Of a stretch of 39,786 bases of DNA, positions 9,512 through 21,580 are shown in pieces. The notes beneath the pieces were generated by a model. It made no database searches. It saw nothing but the letters and a program-made list of their open reading frames with translations, and was not told the DNA's origin. A program made the translations under genes and the position numbers. Positions within the stretch are counted from its first letter, which is position 1, and every line of letters begins with the position of its first letter. The stretch is from positions 62,001 through 101,786 of the forward strand of contig JAXLNO010000366.1 in NCBI GenBank assembly GCA_038087875.1. Direction: 5' to 3'. Origin of the DNA: Malacoraja senta (lineage: Eukaryota).

Positions 9512-10422
9512 GGGTGGCATGGTGGCACAGTGGTAGAGATGCTGCCTTAAAGGCCTGTCTCACGAGTCTGCGGTCTATGGCGGCGAAACGGGAGGAATCT
9601 GCCGCCATAGACCGCTCACTCATGAGAAAGTACAATTCCCGGGCCGTGCGGTGGTGTTTCCAACACCACGCGGTGCTAAAATAAAAACGACAATGTCCAA
9701 AACAAAATACTCACCGCACAACCTCCACCAGTGATGCACAAGTGCGGCACGGCCGCTCGCACGGGCCGCCGCCAGTGTGGGTCGAGCGCCGTGCGTCAAA
9801 CCTCCTCTGCCACAGCCTCCGCCAGTGACGCACGTGCCGCCGCCAGTGAGGCACGTGTGCTGCGCGGACCGCAGTCACAGCCACCGCTACAGTGCCGCGA
9901 TCAGGATGGCCGCCGCCACAGCCACCGCGGGTGAGTCACGTGCGGCGGGCCGACGTCATCGCAGTCGGCCCACCCTTTTTTACTTACCGCAAGCACGTGG
10001 GACCCGCCGTGTTTGAATTAACTCGGCCCCGCGCAACATCCGTGCGGCGCTCCGGTGGATAGGCTCGACGCTCTCGCCGTTGCCGCGCGGTCCTCGCTAC
10101 CGGCGACGCCGCGCTTCACCGCCGATGACCGCAAACAGGTAAGACAGAGCCTTTACTGCGCCAGAGAACTGGATTCGATCCTGGCTAGGGGTGCTGTCTG
10201 TACAGAGTTTGTACAGTCTCCCGTGGCTGCGTGCGTTTATTCCGGGTGTTCTGGTTTCCTCCCACACTCCAAATACGTGCAAGTTTGTAGGTTAATTGGC
10301 TTCGCTAAAAATTGTAAATTGTCCCTTGTGCTTAGGATAGGGCCAGTGTATGGGGATCGCTGGTCGGCTCTGACTCGGTGCATCGAGGGGCTTGTTTCTG
10401 CGCTAAACTAAACTAAACTAAA
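9512..10422 (+). mobile_element. tRNA-derived HE1/V-SINE-type SINE, split by a MITE at 9550-10152
   Basis: A-box-like GGTGGCACAGTGG, B-box-like GATTCGATCC, V-domain-like GGTTTCCTCCCACACTCCAAA, CR1-like 3' end and (CTAAA)n tail. Homologous to 21581-21905. Confidence 0.85.
9550..10152. mobile_element. Non-autonomous PIF/Harbinger-type DNA transposon, 603 bp, GC-rich
   Basis: TTA TSD at 9547-9549 and 10153-10155. Imperfect 26-bp TIRs (19/26). Removal restores the SINE sequence GCTGCCTTACTGCGCCAGAG. Confidence 0.75.
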
Positions 10423-10539
10423 TTTTAGATATGCCATGTGACATATTAGAAGAAAAGAATTGACTGGTTCGCAGAGTATTGCAGCATGCATTTTTTTTCA
10501 TTGATTCCGTGCTGTATCTCGCTATGACTATGACAGTAT

Positions 10540-12520
10540 ATTACATCAATTTCCATGTGCCTTGATCTTACACTATTCGCTGATGTGGGACCTTGTCACA
10601 AGCCTCTGAAAGTCCAAATATACCACATCCACTGTTTTCCCCCATTCACCGTGCTTATTACATTCTCAAGTATAAGGACACCTAGACCCCTCTGAACACA
10701 AACCTTATTCAACCTTTCACCATTTTAAAAATATTTTGTTTTTTTGCTAAAAGAATGATCCCATCTTTTCCACATTGTATTCTAGGTGTTATGCCCTTCT
10801 CCATTCACTTAATTTGTTTATAGCTATCTGAAACCACTCTGCGTCCTGTTCACTGCCCACACAGCATCTAGCTTTGTATCTGCAAAAACCTGGATCTCTT
10901 ACACTCAATGCCTTCATCCAAATCTTTGACAGAAATTGTGAACTGCGGGGTTCCAGCACTAATCTTTATGACCCGCCACTAGTCCCAGCCTCCCAGCTTG
11001 AAATTGGCCTGTTTATTTCTTCCTCTCTATGTGCTCCTGTCAACCAATCCCCACCCCAGCATCATGCCCTCTCATCTAGTTTATTCATCGCTTGTGTGGC
11101 ATCTTATCAAAGACCTTCTGGAAGTTCAGATTCACTTACTTCTTCTGCTAGCCACTACCTTGAAAACCCTTAGCACACTTGTCAAAAGTGATTTCTCTTT
11201 CATAAATTCACACTGACACTGCCCAATCCAGTTATTCTATTCTAAGATCCCTTACCCACTTCCGTATTCATAGGTTCCAGTATTTTCACTGATAACCGAT
11301 AACAGGCTACCTCCTCTATATTCTGTTGGAGCAAAATGGAAAGGCCACGCGGAGTTGTTGTTCGAAGTAATGAACAATTTATTAAAACTGGTACGCACCA
11401 GGAGACCAGCTGATGAGAGCGGATCTGCCGAGTATGACTTTGGTACGTTTTTTATATTCTCAGATGACAAAATTACACAGAAACCTGACTAACAGTAAAA
11501 TGAGGTCTTGATTACAGAATGGAGCTCAGAAAGACGTAATTAAGTAAGAAACAGAATAGAATGATTATTCACAAGTCTAACTTTGTAAACAGTAGATCCA
11601 ATTTTTATGTTAGAATGATGGGTTACAATGCTATAACATAATCAATGAAGGTCCTGAATCTTAGGTGTTGTCACGGCTGCATTCCATGTCTCTACTTTTA
11701 GGCTTTGTCTGTGGCTCCCTGTCACCACATTCGCACATGCACATCACTATTTTCTAGTTATTAGCCCTCGCTATTCTTTCCCCTGCAACAATTTCCCCGA
11801 TTTCTTTCTTGCTCCCTGTGTAAATCGGGGGGTTATTTTTCCAATAATTCGTCCATTCCAAATGTTTTTCACTGATGCTAATTTCTTTGAGCTCCTCATT
11901 CATTCTAGATCTGCAAACCCTGTTATATCCAGAAGTTTTTAGTGTCATATTCTGAGAAGGCAGGCACAACATATTCATTTATTTCCTCTGCCATTCTCAT
12001 AATTCCCCAGTATAATTTCTCAGTCTGCATGGGATCTACATTTACCTGCTAATCTCATCCTTTTTACATTTTTTCTTAAGCATCCGGTTTTTATGTTTTG
12101 TAGTGGACTATACTCATTCTACTGCTTTCTTTCATAAGGTCATAAGGAATAGGAGTAGAATCAGGCCATTTGGCCCATCAAGTCTACTCCGCCATTTAAT
12201 CATGGCTGATCTATCTCTCCCTCCTAACCCCATTCTCCTGCCTTTTCCCCATAACCCCTGACACCTGTACTAATCAAGAAATGTCTTTAACAAGCATTTG
12301 TCCTTCTTTGCTCTCAATCTCAAATCTCAAATGTTTCCAATCCTTAGGCTTACTTGGTCTGTTCACTTTCTTTGGTGACTTTACATGCCTTTTCTAACGA
12401 TATAACATTAATGTAAACTCCTCTCCATAGACATAGCTGGGCCACTTTTCTCAGTTGGGATGTTTTGCCTTAAAATAATACATTTGATTTTTTAACTGCA
12501 TTGATTATTTAAATATTAAA
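10540..12520 (-). mobile_element. Several old CR1-clade LINE ORF2 fragments (boundaries approximate; 11320-11700 is unassigned)
   Basis: Minus strand encodes GKTVDVVYLDFQ (about 10600-10645) and decayed [13 protein letters not shown] and KLVSKFAD-like segments. Confidence 0.6.
12133..12280 (-). mobile_element. 5'-truncated CR1 3' end
   Basis: Reverse complement resembles the CR1 end at 36040-36190 (GATCAGCCATGAT..AATGGCGG..GGGCC.AATGGCCT) with a short repeat tail. Confidence 0.75.
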
Positions 12521-12740
12521 CCACAGCTTGTTTACTTTCATTTAAGAATGGCAAGGCTGCAAGGAGCAGTGCCTGCAAGTAATAGAGCATTTATAAAATA
12601 AACATGGGATTGGGTTTTGCATTGGTTTGTCTTGGAATATTCAAAGGGAGGGAGAGAGGAAAGAGCAGAAGAAGACCTCCACACCACTATTTCTGAACAA
12701 TTTTGCTTTGGTTGCTGCTTTCAACTGAAGACAGTGAACT

Positions 12741-12994
12741 TATAACCATATAACCATATAACAATTACAGCACGGAAACAGGCCATCTCGGCCCTTCTAG
12801 TCCGTGCCGAACACTTATTCTCACCTAGTCCCATCTACCTGCACTCAGACCATAACCCTCCATTCCTTTCCCGTCCATATACCTATCCAATTTATTTTTA
12901 AATGATAAAATCGAACCTGCCTCCACCACTTCCACTGGAAGCTGATTCCACACAGCTACCACTCTCTGAGTAAAGAAGTTCCCCCTCATGTTAC
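12741..12994 (-). mobile_element. 5'-truncated CR1 3' end, same subfamily as 31213-31852
   Basis: Reverse complement matches 31554-31852, including the (TATATGGT)n tail. Confidence 0.85.
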
Positions 12995-13285
12995 ATTAGT
13001 GACTCATGAAAAGGCCCATGTGTTCACTTCGATTTGGTCAGTCATTTTCTATGCAGGCTCTCCAGTCAAGTCACACCATGAATGAGTATAATTAAGCCAT
13101 ACACAAGTGCAACAGAAAGAGAAATTATTACAGTATTGAATATAGTGTTACAGACCTATAATGTTAGCGCCAGAGAAAGTGAAAAAAAGTACAAGGGCTG
13201 CAATAAGGTAGGTTAGGGAGATCAGGATTACATGTCGCTTATGAGAGGTACGTTCTGATAAAGGCAGGGAAGAAGCTTTCCCTCA

Positions 13286-13615
13286 AAGCCCTGTCCCACG
13301 GTACGAGTTCATTCCAAGAGCTCTCCCGAGTTTGCCCTGATTCGAACTCGGAGATTTACGATAATGGCCACTCGTCGGTACTCGGGGCTCTCATGGACAT
13401 TTTTCAACATGTTGAAAAATCTTCACGAGTTTTCCCGTGCTTACCTGCCATTAGCGAGTCTTCCCGAGTACCTGCCGTTAGCGTTATGAGCCGCTAAGAG
13501 ATGTCCCCGAGCTCCGACGTACCCGCTACATTCATTATCCGTGCTTACCACGAGTTTGATTTTTTATAAACTCGGTAGAGCTCTTGGAATGAACTCGTAC
13601 CGTGGGACAGGGCTA
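13286..13615. mobile_element. PIF/Harbinger-type MITE, 330 bp
   Basis: 47-bp TIRs at 13287-13333 and 13568-13614 with one mismatch. Flanked by TCA/TTA 3-bp target-like sequences. Confidence 0.88.
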
Positions 13616-14104
13616 TTAATCTGGGGATACATGCTTTCAAGCCTTTGTCACTTCTGCCTGAAATCACACAATAATTGAATTATAACTCCTCTTTCAGTAT
13701 TTATGAAATCTTACATTATTTCACTCAACTTTCACCTTTGTCTTTGTTCTTTTATTGGCTCCTCAAAGCCCCCCCTGACTCGGATTGTTGTGATTATATC
13801 ACTTCTTTCCCTCACTGTTTCTCTCCATAGTCCTTAGCCCACCCGTCAAACCCTCCTTCAGATGTGCTTCATGTGCATTTGTATTTCTATTGGTAGCCTT
13901 AACTGCAGCCACTTTATCCTGTGCTCCAAAGTTCCTTCCGAGCATTTCACCTCTCCATTTCTCTTTTTTTGTGTTTAGTACTTTCTTTTAGCCAGAGGTT
14001 TTTTAGAAAATGCGATCCATCTTTATATTGGCTCAGTGTTTCCGATTGACACACTCCTTTTTGGAGTATTTTACTTTTGTGCAACAAGTGCCATTTTATT
14101 TATG

Positions 14105-14233
14105 TTTAAGAAGGAACTGTAGATGCTGGAAAATCAAAGGTAGACAAAAGTGCTGCAGAAACTCAGCGGGTGAGGCAGCATCTATGGAGCGAAGGAAATA
14201 GGCAATGTTTCGGGACGAAACCCTTCTTCAGAC
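14105..14233 (-). mobile_element. Short Penelope-like repeat with hammerhead ribozyme-like core
   Basis: Minus strand reads CTGAAGAAGGGTTTCGTCCCGAAAC, followed by the family tail GATGCTGCCTCACCCGCTGAGTTTC...CCAGCATCT.CAGTTCCT. Confidence 0.7.
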
Positions 14234-15439
14234 CATTTTATCTTGTTCTGTCCTCTAGTCAATCCCTTGACTAGAAATTCTGCAGCCGCATATTGACTGC
14301 ATTGGATTACTGTGGCAACGGCATGGAAGGGGCTTTGCATGTTAGCATGGACAGAAATACCTTCCTAGGCCTGAGCTGGGAGGAGGAGGAGTAGAGCAAT
14401 CTCGAAGAACAACTATGGGGGTAAGGTTAGCTATCGAGTATTTGACTGAGTGGGCTGCTGAATATATAAGTGGCAAGCCATAGGGTAACTTAGTGAGGTG
14501 ATATAACATGATCAGTGGAATAGAAGAGTGCTGATGACTGAGAAGTAGAGACAGGAATCAGCTGCACATAAATGTACACATTTTACCTCAAAGAAACAGC
14601 CCATTTGCCCAAAGGGTCTGTCCTGATATTTACATATAACCCCTGCCATCCTAATTCCCTGCCCCTTTTATGTATTCCTTGCTCCTTAAATGTGTCTGTA
14701 CAGTTCTTCTCAATTAGCCCTTTCGGTAGAGAGTTTAACATTTTTGTTCTGGATAAGAAAGTTCCTCTCAAATTCCTATTTGATTCATTGGTGACTCTCA
14801 ATGACTCACTGCTTTAGATCATCCGCAAATACAAACATTTTCTGTGTCTTCCTGTTCAAATCACTTCATAACTTTAAAGACCTCTTTTGGAATTCCACTC
14901 AGCTGTTGGCCTGCAGAGATGAACCCCAGCATGTTCCATATTGCTTGCTCAGAACAGATTGCTCTCTTCCTGCTACACCTTTGCATCATCGCCACTGTTG
15001 CCGTGTGCTTCCTTTATAATATAGTGAGCAGCTCACAATCCTTCCCTTGCTGCCCACCGTGCTTCATTGTCATTGTCCGACAAGCCTGACTCATCGATAC
15101 TATTGTTGAAATGAAGAAATGCAGCGTGAGCAGCAAATGTGAGCATTTTGACCTGACCCGAAAATGGTGGAAAACAGCAATCATAAATTTAATCAAACCC
15201 CTTCTTCAGAAAACCTACATGCCACTTAGCCACACTTAGACTGGGAAGTTTTAGCACTGTATTGTTCAACATGTCACAAAGCGGGTGCTGAGAGGTCATG
15301 CAGAAGCAGCACTACTAATTGACCTGGATTCATTGCTTAATTGTGTACCTTTCCAAGTGAGTGCACTCGTACCTGGAGCAAACTGATTTGTGCCTCGCTC
15401 AACTGCATTTCTTATTGAATCATATCAGGTAGAAAACAC

Positions 15440-16260
15440 GTAATCCAGGAAGGTGGATTAACTGGATTTTCTTAAAGGTTCTTGACACAAAATCGCACTT
15501 CAAGGATTATCTTGCAAAATTAAAGCAGATGGAATTGGGGATGAAATGGAATGGAATGGAACTTTGTTACAGGCAGGACAAAAAAAATCAAAAAAGTGGG
15601 TCTTTTATGGTGGCATGTGGTAACTGCAGGGACAGTGCCTTGTCCCCAGCTATTCATTATGTACAGTACATCGATGATATGGATAAAGGAAATTAATGTA
15701 ATAATTCTATGTTTGCATACAACATGAAACTGGCTGAGATTGTGAATGGTGAGGAAGATGCAAAGAGGTTAAAAAGCAATTTGGATAAGTTGATTGAGTG
15801 AACAAATTCAAAGCAGATAAAGCACAAAATTAGATAAATGTGAAATTAGCCACTTTGGTCAGAAAATGGAAAGGTAGAGTGTATTGTAAATGATGATAAA
15901 CTGGGAAATGTTGATGTCAAAAGGTCCTGTACTCTATTCACAAAGCAAACATACAAGGGCAGCATGAAATTAAGAAGGTAAATGTTAGTCTTGTTAGAAG
16001 TGTTAGCCTTCATTGCAGATTGGTTGATATACACGAGTAAGGATCATTAGAAAAAAATATACAGGGCCTTGTTGAGACTGCATCTGCAATACAATATTGA
16101 GTGAGATTTGTTGTCCTTATAAAAAATGCATTTTTCATTCAGGAGGTGGCACAACATTTTACCAGACTGAATCTGGGATGGCAGGATTGTTTGTTAGAAG
16201 CCAAAGTGGGCCCATTATGTCTGTAATCATTAAAAATTAACGAATAAGAAACTTACAAAG
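15440..16260 (+). mobile_element. Old CR1 RT fragment
   Basis: Decayed LDF..K.LD, CPQLF, SMFAY..KL, DK..I.HFG and YRALLRLHLQY motifs, colinear with 34970-35820. Confidence 0.7.
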
Positions 16261-16589
16261 TAGTGACTCTTACATCTGCCAATGCATGGGCTTATTGGGG
16301 AAAGTCAAGTGGCTTTAAAGGGGGGGGGGAGATTTTTTTCTAAACTTGGTTGAGTTTTTAGTAGAGATTAGTATAAGTGGGACCCATTGGGTCCCAGTCA
16401 CACGGGAGGCCTGGGCCCCCAACGGAAACCATTCCCCAATGCTATATTCCACCACTCACTCGTTCCCCCAATGCACCCCGTTATCCCATCGCAATATTCC
16501 ACCGCTCACCCATAGCCCCTAACTGCGCAGGCGTGGCTCATTTCCCCTCATCCCCAAACACTCCCTCCCCCTCCCCTTCATGTGTGGGA

Positions 16590-17255
16590 AGGGAGAGGGG
16601 AGGGGGGGAAGGGAAGTGGTGTGTATGGCGGGGGGGGGAGTGGGGAGTGGGGTGGGAGGAGAGGAGGGGTGGGAGAGGGTGGTGTGAGGGGAGGGAGGGT
16701 GTGGGGGAGGGGGGTGTGGCGGGAGTGTGTGGGGTGGGGGGGAGATGTGTAATTGGGCTGGAGGGGTGCAGGAGGGGGGGAAGAGGGATGTGGGAGGGGG
16801 AGTGTGTGGGGGAGGGTGTGTGTGTGGGAGGGGCGGGTGGGCAGGTGGGGGGGGTGTCGGGGCAGAGGGGTTGTGGGGGGAGGGGTGTGTTAGTGGGGGA
16901 AGGGGTGTGTGGAGTTGGGGGGGGGTTCTGGCGGCAGGGTTGTCGGGGGGGGGGTTGTGGGGGCAGGGGGGTTGTGCGGGCAATGGGGGTTGTGGGGGCG
17001 AGGGGGTTGTGGGGGCGGGGGGGTTGTGGGGGCAGGGGGGTTGTGGGGGTGGGGTGTTATTGGGGGGGAAGTTGTAGCAGGGGTTGTGGGGGCGGGAGGT
17101 GTGTGGGGGGCGGGTATGTGGGCGAGGGGGTGGGTGTGTGTGGGCGGGGGTGTGTGGACGGGGTGGTGTGTGGGCAGGGGAGCTTGTGGGGGGAGGGGTG
17201 TGTGGGCGGGGGGGAGAGTTGTGGGGGAGAGGGGTGCGTGGGCAGGGGGGAAGTG
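16590..17255 (+). repeat. G-rich low-complexity minisatellite (GGGGGTTGTGGGGGC-type units)
   Basis: Dozens of G3-G10 runs. A ~17-bp unit repeats at about 16945-17095. Confidence 0.9.
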
Positions 17256-17305
17256 AGCTCACAGAAAATACGGAGGAAGAGCCATGGGGGAGAGGGCGGA
17301 ATCAT

Positions 17306-18288
17306 GTAGGTATGTTACAATACTCACCTTCAGCGGCGCTGCAATTCTGTCACTGGCCGTGTGCGCGAGTTTGGCGCCTTTGAGGGGGGGGGGGCAGGAT
17401 TAAAATGCGTTTTCTCCTACCTGTCCGAGATATATTTTCTCGGGCTACTACCTGATGCTGAAAAATCGTTCCGACTGCCGGAAAAAAAATTAAAAAACCG
17501 CGGGACAATTTAATCCCTGGAGTAAAATAAAAATCTACTTCTAACGCCGTCAATGCCGACAACGGGACGGATCTCACGTAGAGGACAAAACATAAGGTAA
17601 GTCGTGTATTTTACACATAAACTTGCGTCTTAGGATTACTTTAATCAAAATTTCATCGGCGAAAATGTGATTATGTAAATATACCAACCGGCATTGTTTT
17701 TCCTGCCAATATGGGGTTTAAATTCCACCGCAACCACAACGTTCCAAACGATCGCGTTCCACAAAATCTCACTCGCAAGATGATTAAATTGCGCATTGAC
17801 AATGAGATTTAAAAATCATGTTATATTGTGAATTCTTGTGTCAATGTTATTTGGACACTTTAGGCAATTTAAAAATGTTAACCTTTTCTTAAGAAATGGA
17901 TAGATGTTTAGATCTAGTAATTGAATTTTGTAACTAGCTACAATTAGGTAACTAACTAATTATATGCTTTAATTTCAGGTCATCCAAGTAAGATTGTTTC
18001 ATATTTGTTTCAGAATGCTTCAATCTATAATAACTGAACATTTCATTCAGTTCTCTTAATTTTTAAGAAAGTTATGGGCATTTGACTGTCCTCGCTCACA
18101 GCTTTTGAGTTAAGTCAATGGAAAAGCAATAGGGAACAAGGTGTTAATTTCAGTATGAAAATGGCCATAACATTTTGAATACTGAAGATATGAAAGTGAA
18201 TTAGGTGTCAAATTATTTTTATGCTTTATCTGATGGGATAAATTGCAGACTTGATTTTTAAAATCTCAAAATTTTGTAACATTGCTAC
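17306..18288. mobile_element. Non-autonomous TIR DNA transposon, 983 bp, superfamily unassigned
   Basis: TIRs GTAGGTATGTTACAA / TTGTAACATTGCTAC (13/15). Duplicated ATCAT at 17301-17305 and 18289-18293. Confidence 0.7.
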
Positions 18289-19108
18289 ATCATGGGGGAG
18301 GGGGTAGGAGTCAGCGAGGGGGACCAGAGTGGTAGTGGCTAGAATTGGCGGTGCGATGAGGACTCACTGCGGGCGCTGCTCTCTGGTCGTTCTCCTCTGC
18401 GACATTTGGCGACATCTCCGACTCCGGGATGGGCTGGGTCTCCCACGCTGGGCTGGGCTGGGATGGGTCTCCGATGCTGGCTGCTTGGGGTGGGGCTGCT
18501 GCTCGGGGCAGGGCAGGGCTGGGCTGCTTCGGGTCCCTCCGAAAGTCCAGTTGGAAAACTCCGCCGGGCCATCCTCAGCTCCTGTAAAGACGCGATGGCG
18601 CAGGAAGGGGCGGACCGTCCCGGGGAGTGACAGGGGAAGAGATTAATCCGCGCGGCGCTGACTGGCAGGAGAAGAGATCGATCTGTGCACTCGCATTTTT
18701 AAGATTCTTAAACCTCGCTAACCTTTATGACATTCTACCGATCAGAATGAAACTTGATGCACTCGCAGCTGTGAACTGGCGAAAAATCGTAGTGCTATCG
18801 GGAACAGTTTTTGCGCAAATAGAAAGACTGCCAAACCGGAAGATAACAAGAAGCTGGAGCAGTGGATGTTGCATACATGGACCTTAGTAAAGCTTTTGAT
18901 AATATCCCTTACGGTGGATTGATTTGGAAGATACGATACAAGGTAATTGATAGATTGAATTCAAAATAGTCCTGGCCAGAGAGGGCAATAGTGAAGGGAT
19001 GTTATTCCAATTGGGGCTGTGTTTCAGGCTATTCCATAAGGATTAGTAGTTGGACCCCTTTTGCTTGTGATATATATAAATGATATGGACAAAAATGTAG
19101 GTGGGCTC

Positions 19109-19237
19109 AGGCTGAAGAAGCCCCTGACCTGAAACATCACCTATTCCATGTTCTCCTCGGATGCTGCCTGGCCCACTGAGTGACCAACATTTTTTGTTTT
19201 ATTTTGTAAATCAGCATCAACAGTTTCTTGGTTCTAC
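19109..19237 (+). mobile_element. Short Penelope-like repeat with degenerate hammerhead core
   Basis: CTGAAGAAGCCCCTGACCTGAAACATCACC followed by the GATGCTGCCTGGCCCACTGAGT tail. Confidence 0.6.
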
Positions 19238-19922
19238 TTGGTTGGTGGATTAATAAGTTTGCAGTGGACAAAAATTGGTAGAGTTGTGGATAGTGATGAC
19301 AGTTGTCAAAGGTTTCAGCAGGATATAGATAGACGGAAAGGTGAGCAGAGAAATGGCAGTTCCAGACAAGTCTGAGATATTGAACGTTGAGAGGTTAAAT
19401 GCAAGAGAAAAGTATACAGTAAATGGTGGGATTATTAGGAACATTGATTTACAGAGGCATCCTGGGGTGCGTTCACAATTTCTTGAAAGTGGCAACACAG
19501 TAGATAAGGTGGTAAAAAAGGCATATGACAGACTTGCTTTTATTGGTCAGTACATTAGGAAGTCATATTGCAAATTTATAAAATTGTGGTTCAGCCATAT
19601 TTGGAGCACTGTAAACAGTTCCCATCATCAAATTATAGGAAGGAAGTGAAAGGTTTGGAGAGGGTGCATGAGAAGTTCGTCATGATGTTGCTTAGATTGG
19701 AGAGTACAAGCTATAATGAGAGGCTGGAGAAACTTGGATTGTTTGGTTCTGGAGCGCAGAGGGGTGATCTGATAGATGTATGTGAAAATATGAGAAGCAT
19801 AGAGCTGGACTGTCTAGGGGTAGAGGAAGAGCATAGGGTAGACAGTCAGAACATTTTTCCCAGGGTGGAAATGTCAAATACCAGATGGCGTAGGTTCAAG
19901 GGAAGAGAGGGAAAGTTTAAAG

Positions 19923-20138
19923 GAGCATAATGTTAATTGTTGGAGGAACTCTGTGGGATACGCGGCATCTGTGAAGCAAAACAGATGGACGATGTTTCGG
20001 GCTGGGAGCCTTTTTCAGACTCCCAACCCGAAACATTGCATGCCGATATCCCTCCACAGATGCCACCTGACCTACTGAGTTACTGCAATGGTATTGTTAT
20101 TGCTCAAGAATCCAGCATCTGCAGTCTCTTGTGTCTGT
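19923..20138. mobile_element. Inverted pair of Penelope-like hammerhead repeats with TSD
   Basis: Minus-strand CTGAAAAAGGCTCCCAGCCCGAAAC abuts plus-strand TCCCAACCCGAAAC. Flanked by AAAGTTTAAAG at 19912-19922 and 20139-20149. Confidence 0.65.
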
Positions 20139-20375
20139 AAAGTTTAAAGTAGATGTGCTGTTCAAGTTTTTTTATACAGAACCTAAAATTTGCTGCCAGG
20201 GGATGTGATGGAAGCAAATGCAACTGCAAAATTTAAGAAGCAAATGGATAGGCACTTGAACAGGCAGGGAGTGGAGGGGTGTAGACAAAGTGCAGGCCTA
20301 CAGAGGAAGTTAGAAAAAGCTTCTTCACTCAGGCTATTGAACATGTAGAATTCTTTGACTATTGAACATGTAGAA

Positions 20376-20465
20376 TGAAGGGTTTCGACCCGAAACGTTG
20401 CCTATTTCCTTAGCTACATAGATGCTGCCTCACCCGCTGAATTTCTCCATCATTTTTGTCTACCT
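20376..20465 (+). mobile_element. 5'-truncated Penelope-like hammerhead repeat with TSD
   Basis: GAAGGGTTTCGACCCGAAACGTTGCC, i.e. a GGGU-UUCG-ACCC stem. Flanked by ATGTAGAA at 20368-20375 and 20466-20473. Confidence 0.72.
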
Positions 20466-21580
20466 ATGTAGAACTCTGAGCTGTGAAGACCAGGTCACTG
20501 AATATTTTTAAGGATAAAATACATACATTTTTAGATACATAAGGCATCAACCTGGAATTGCAGAGAGTGGCAAGGTGGAATTAAGGAGCGGTTCAGCCAT
20601 GATTATATTGAACGGTGGGGCAAGATTGATGGTTTGAATGGTTTCCTTCTGCTCCCATGATCCTGCATTCCTAGCATAATCTTCCAGTACAGTACCGACA
20701 CAGCTGAAGGAGCCATTTTCCAGATGAAATGTTATACTGGGGCTCCGACACACCCTCTGATAGATTTGAAGGAGCCCACGGCTATTTTCAAAGCAGGGAA
20801 AGATGCTCTACTCCATGTCACTTGTGCTGGCTCTTCAAAAGAGATTTTCAATCAACTCTATTCTCCCCAATTCTTTCTTCGTGGCCTTGGATGTTTTTTC
20901 TCCTTTTCAACAATACAACCAGCATCCCTTTGAATGCTTGCTTCAAATGCAGAAGGTGAAGAGACAGCATTCTGCCACATTGCACCAGCCACATATTTAA
21001 TTCAGGAAGCTAAGGTGTTGGCATGCATGATGATAACATAATGCCTCATATTGCACCATAATGCTCCACCATTCATTAAAGATTGATCAACATGCCTCTT
21101 ACCTAAATATATATTTCATAAAGGCATACAAGCTTTGCATTAAGTAAATAAAACCAGCTCGTAATTAATAACATTTATGTGCAAATCATGTCCAATTAGT
21201 CTATTGTTAAGAGGCAATGACCTAAATATCATGCTCTTCCTCAGGCAAGAAATGCTTTATACTTTACAGTGAATGTGCTGCCACTGTTTGCAATTACTGT
21301 GCAGCTATTATGTCGGTGGCCTACTTTCTCTTGCCCATAAAGCAAAGTTGTGCACTTTAATAGAAATAATTGTGATGCTTGATTGCAAAAGGAACAATTG
21401 AAGAGGTTAGTAGGAAATCCTTAATGGAAGAAGTGTATCCAGGAGCTGGCTTGGGAGCACGGAGCAGAAACGAGAAGGTACGTACAGTGACCTGGAAAGA
21501 GTGCTGGGGCCTGCCTTTGGCTAGCCACATGGGACGGGCACTGGGTATGCTGATGGGAAAGTTATGAAAGGCAAATTACA

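Larger units (their letters stand above)
16368..18851 (-). mobile_element. Putative non-autonomous Helitron-like element (composite; right boundary uncertain)
   Basis: GC-rich hairpin TGGGACCCA-T-TGGGTCCCA (16378-16396) lies about 10 nt from a minus-strand CTAA|T (CTRR) terminus. No TSD. Carries a minisatellite and an inserted TIR element. Confidence 0.55.
18855..20670 (+). mobile_element. Decayed CR1 RT and 3' end fragments, interrupted by three Penelope-like repeats
   Basis: AVDVAYMDLSKAFDNIPY, YINDMD, KFAVDK, YK..VQPYLEHC.QF and ERLEKLGLF motifs. Confidence 0.8.

Noticed and set aside
9512..9549. tRNA-like sequence (also at 21581)
   Set aside because: These are SINE heads continuing into SINE body and LINE-derived tail, not tRNA genes.
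11320..11490. Unique-looking segment with open frames and a possible donor G|GTACGT
   Set aside because: No recognisable protein similarity or clear acceptor, so a host exon cannot be supported without a database search.
15025..15125. Possible minus-strand exon (pyrimidine tract, AG, IDESGLSDNDNEARWAAREGL*)
   Set aside because: Too short, no recognisable homology, and no partner exon found.
16377..17383. Long Gly/Pro-rich ORFs on both strands (up to 310 aa)
   Set aside because: Artefacts of a G-rich low-complexity array lacking stop codons, with no domain signal.
20700..21000. Three overlapping short ORFs after a TTTCCAG acceptor-like site
   Set aside because: No recognisable product; consistent with chance ORFs.
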